Source: Mustelus asterias (lineage: Eukaryota). Taken from it: a stretch of DNA of 64,000 bases. Positions 60,718 to 64,000 of this stretch are shown here, one piece after another (position 1 is the first letter of the stretch; every line of letters begins with the position of its first letter). A program made the position numbers and the translations under genes. Location: positions 1-64,000 of the forward strand of contig NW_027590347.1 in the NCBI RefSeq assembly GCF_964213995.1, in the 5' to 3' direction. A model generated the notes under the pieces. It was not told where the DNA came from. It was given only the letters and a program-made list of their open reading frames with translations, and did not search any database.

Positions 60718-61900
60718 GCGGCAGGTTTCTGGGTCACAGCTGCTGTCTGTCGAGAGGTGTTTCTCACAGCGGGTCATACACTGACACGTCAATACTTTGC
60801 TGTCAGCGCAAACCCGACCACAATTCACACAGACACGATCTACAATCGTTCACAGATTACGCCTGATTGTTACATTCATTGTGCCAGGGAAGAATTATCT
60901 GTTGTTTATTTCGGATCACCGGGAACTCGGCACTAACATTGAGAATACAAAATGCTGCAGGGAGCCTTGAACTAGTTGTATTCTTGTTCTGATGTTTCAA
61001 AGAACACTTGGGGCAAAGGAACCAATCATCATTGGTTTGAAATATCAGTCGACAGTGTAAACTGATGCCCGCCTGCTGAGGCAAATCCTAATAATGACAA
61101 CAGCCCGATTAAACATCTCTCAATGTTACAGTACTGAAACAAAAATATCAACTCGGAAAGAGTTAGAAAAAGTTCGGTAGAATGTGACTTAAGTTAACAC
61201 AATGAACACTTGACACGTATTGAAACTAAGAATTCTTAACTTAAATTGGAAGGGAACCGCTAGATTGAGGTGTTCCCATGTGAATGCTGCCCTTGTCCTG
61301 CTACATGGCAGTGGCCGTGTGTTCGGATTGTGCTGCCTAAAAATCCTTGTTGAGTTGCTGCTGTATATCCGGAGGTGTTGCACTCAGCTGCCACTGTTCG
61401 TCGGTGGTGACAGGAATGGGTGTTTATTGAATGGGTCGCAATCACGCGGACTGCCCTGTCCTGTATCTTGTCGAGCTTAATGAGTGTTGTTGGAGCGACA
61501 CTGATCCAGCAAGTAGGGAGCATTCCATTTACACCCCTGACTTGTACCTTGGAGATGGTGGACAGGCTTTGGGGAGTCACGTGGTGAGTTACTCGCCACA
61601 GGATTCCTAACCTTTGATCTGCTCCGGTAGCCACGATATTCATATTCTTCGGTCCAGTTCAGTTTTCGGTCAACTCCCAGGATGTTGTTGGGGGTGGGGG
61701 AGGGGAAGGGGGGGAGCAGAGGGGAGGATTCAGAGATGGTAATGCCTTTGAATATCAAGGAAAGTTCGTCAGATCCTCTTCTTTTGGAGACGGTCATAGC
61801 CTGGAACCTGTGTGACCTGAACGTTGCTTCCACTTATCGAACCCAGGTCCACTGGAGCTGTGAAGCAGCAGTGCTAACCACTGTGCTACCGTGCTGCTCC

Positions 61901-62340
61901 TTCTCTGCCTATTTGTTCCAGACTGTCCTTGCCTGCTGATTTATGGAAATTGTGCACATTTCCTTTCCCACTCTTTAACGTAAACATTAAAGCTTTTTCT
62001 GTACCCTTGTACATTAATTCAGAACCTCTCCAATCTGGCTGCTCAGCTATTGGGTCCCATTTTCCATCCACATCACTGATGAGGATTTCGCTTTGTACTG
62101 AATCACTTACTAACCCGATACTCCTGATGCAAGAATGCTGGTCCGCAGTATGGAATGGACATTCAGCTGCCTCTCATATAGAGAGGCAAAGTTACAGAAT
62201 TTCCAATTTGACATTGTTATTGAGTTCAGCTCCTTGCAGATAAATCCTAGCTGTCACCACACTGCCTATGGTAGCCCCACCCACAGTTTTCCTGTGCTGT
62301 TCGCACTCTGACCCGTCTCTCCTGTGCTGTTTTCTTGTAT
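61901..62340. repeat. Duplicated V-upstream region (copy from 63569 to the window end)
   Basis: Near-identical at an offset of ~1.67 kb. Confidence 0.9.
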
Positions 62341-62801
62341 ATTTCATTGGAGATATTGATCTTTGCTGCTTTTCCCTGTTCGGCACTGATTGGATCAGCA
62401 GTCCAATGGGGAGGCAAGCTATATTTCCATTCTGAAAGAGGATTTCACAGACTGCAAAATTACAAATTGAGAGAACATCATATGGAAATATCTCAGACCA
62501 TTCATTGTTCTGTCACTTCTTATGAGGTAGATGTTTTAACTAAAAAACCATCCTCCCCCGCACTATAGCTGGAAGTCTCGCTCTTTCCGTTCCGGGTGCA
62601 GCTGAAGCTGCCGCACACTTCACTCAATATTTTGTCTACTGCATCCCCGCCCACGACTTCCGTTTTCTGCTCTCGTGATTGGACGGATTGCTGCCGCTGC
62701 TCCATTCCTCTCATTGGTTGGATCAGCAGTGCAGTGGAACAGTGTCTTTCTGTCTCTGACAGGATTTCTCTCATTGCAGAGTTACAGACTCAGGAAGCAT
62801 C

Positions 62802-63299
62802 ATGGTGAACTATCTCACTCCGATCCTCATCATTCTCTCACTTCTCAGTAAGTATTTTCTTCCCAGTAAAACTACAAGCTCCTCCTGACTGCTGTAACCC
62901 AGATATTCTTGTTGATAAAACAATAGTGATGATGATAATTGTATCGTTTAATCTGAGGCTAACTCTGATTGTCATATTGCTGTTGTTTCTGTTAGAATGG
63001 AGCCACCAAGACGAAGTGGAACAATTGGATCCTGTAATAAAGGTTAAAGAGGAAAATGATGTCACACTAACCTGCACTTTGAAAACAAGCTATTCCAGCC
63101 CTAATGTGTACTGGTACAGTCAGCAGCCCGGGAAAGCTCCAGTGTACATGTTTCAGCTTATTGGAGAGAATGTACAAAGGAACACCGACCTCAATGATCG
63201 ATTTTCTTCCAAATTTGAGAAAAAGAACAAGACTAGCGAGCTGACGATCAGTAACACACTGATTTCCGACAGCGCCGGGTACTTCTGTGCCATGAAGCC
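62802..63299 (+). CDS. TRAV: TCR alpha/delta-type V segment, family E (leader 62802-62847, V exon 62996-63299); RSS CACACTG-24-GCAAAAACC at 63300-63339
   Basis: MVNYLTPILIILSLL|gtaagt..tag|KWSHQDEVEQ...VTLTCTL...VYWYSQQPG...DSAGYFCAMK; GC and CCAAT boxes upstream. Confidence 0.9.
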
Positions 63300-64000
63300 C
63301 ACACTGCTGCAGAGACAGAGCCAATGCCGTGCAAAAACCCCACACTGGCAGTTCCAGTTAGTGCCCAGCAGGGTGCGCGCGCACACACGCGGGTAATTCA
63401 GTTTCCACAGAGAGAGTGACAGAGATTCTTAACATTGCAACAAAAGACAACTCTCAAAAACAGCAACTGGTGTGGTCCAGTTGCAGTTACATTAGTTAAT
63501 GGTCGGAGCTTACATTTGCAATATCGATCTGAGATACTTCAACACATTTTTTTTCGTTTTCGATGCCTTTCTCTGCCTATTTGTTCCAGACAGTCCTTGT
63601 CTGCTGATTTATGGAAATTCTGCACATTTCCTTTCCCAGTCTTTAACGTAAACATTAAAGCTTTTTCTGTTCCCTTGTACATTAATTCAGAACCTCTCCA
63701 ATCCGGCTGCTCAGCTATTGGGTCCCATTTTCAATCCACGTCACAGATGAGGATTTCGCTTTGTACTGAATCACTTACTAACCCGATACTCCTGATGCAA
63801 GAATGCTGGTCCGCAGTGTGGAATGGACATTCAGCTGCCTCTCATATAGAGAGGCAAAGTTACAGAATTTCCAATTTGACATTGTTATTGAGTTCAGCTC
63901 CTTGCAGATAAATCCTAGCTGTCACCACACTGCCTATGGTAGCCCCACCCACAGTTTTCCTGTGCTGTTCGCACTCTGACCCGTCTCTCCTGTGCTGTTT

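Noticed and set aside
17280-64000. D, J, C segments, IgH-like V (TAILV) or NAR-TCR V-D-J blocks
   Set aside because: No FGxG/WGxG segment behind a 12-RSS, no C1 domain exon, no VH- or VNAR-type motifs seen by eye

Overview
Vertebrate genomic DNA, almost certainly elasmobranch (shark-type HE1/V-SINEs, CR1-like LINE and Penelope fragments); not prokaryotic. From about 17.3 kb to the end it is a T-cell receptor alpha/delta-type V-segment array. I count 11 apparently intact V segments in both orientations, each followed by a 3' RSS with a 23-bp (twice 24-bp) spacer. There is also one leaderless open V exon and six V relics. I found no D, J or C segment. The array grew by recent duplications (6.6 kb at 17.3-23.9 kb and 42.3-48.9 kb; ~2.35 kb at 54.4/57.1 kb; ~1.67-kb offset at the right edge). 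It is interleaved with an intact two-exon GPR139/142-like GPCR, C2H2 zinc-finger relics and CpG-rich promoters. The first 17 kb is a mosaic of local duplications carrying a repeated 102-nt exon-like module of unknown identity. Most unusual: (1) a TSD-flanked short retroposon with two U2 snRNA-derived heads, plus a second family member; (2) an intronless leader-V segment with the only perfect consensus RSS; (3) CDR- and RSS-focused patchwork exchange between near-identical V duplicates; (4) the symmetric exon array with a 26-bp segment that flips orientation between units; (5) Penelope-borne hammerhead ribozyme motifs. All calls were made by eye without database searches, and repeat boundaries are approximate.
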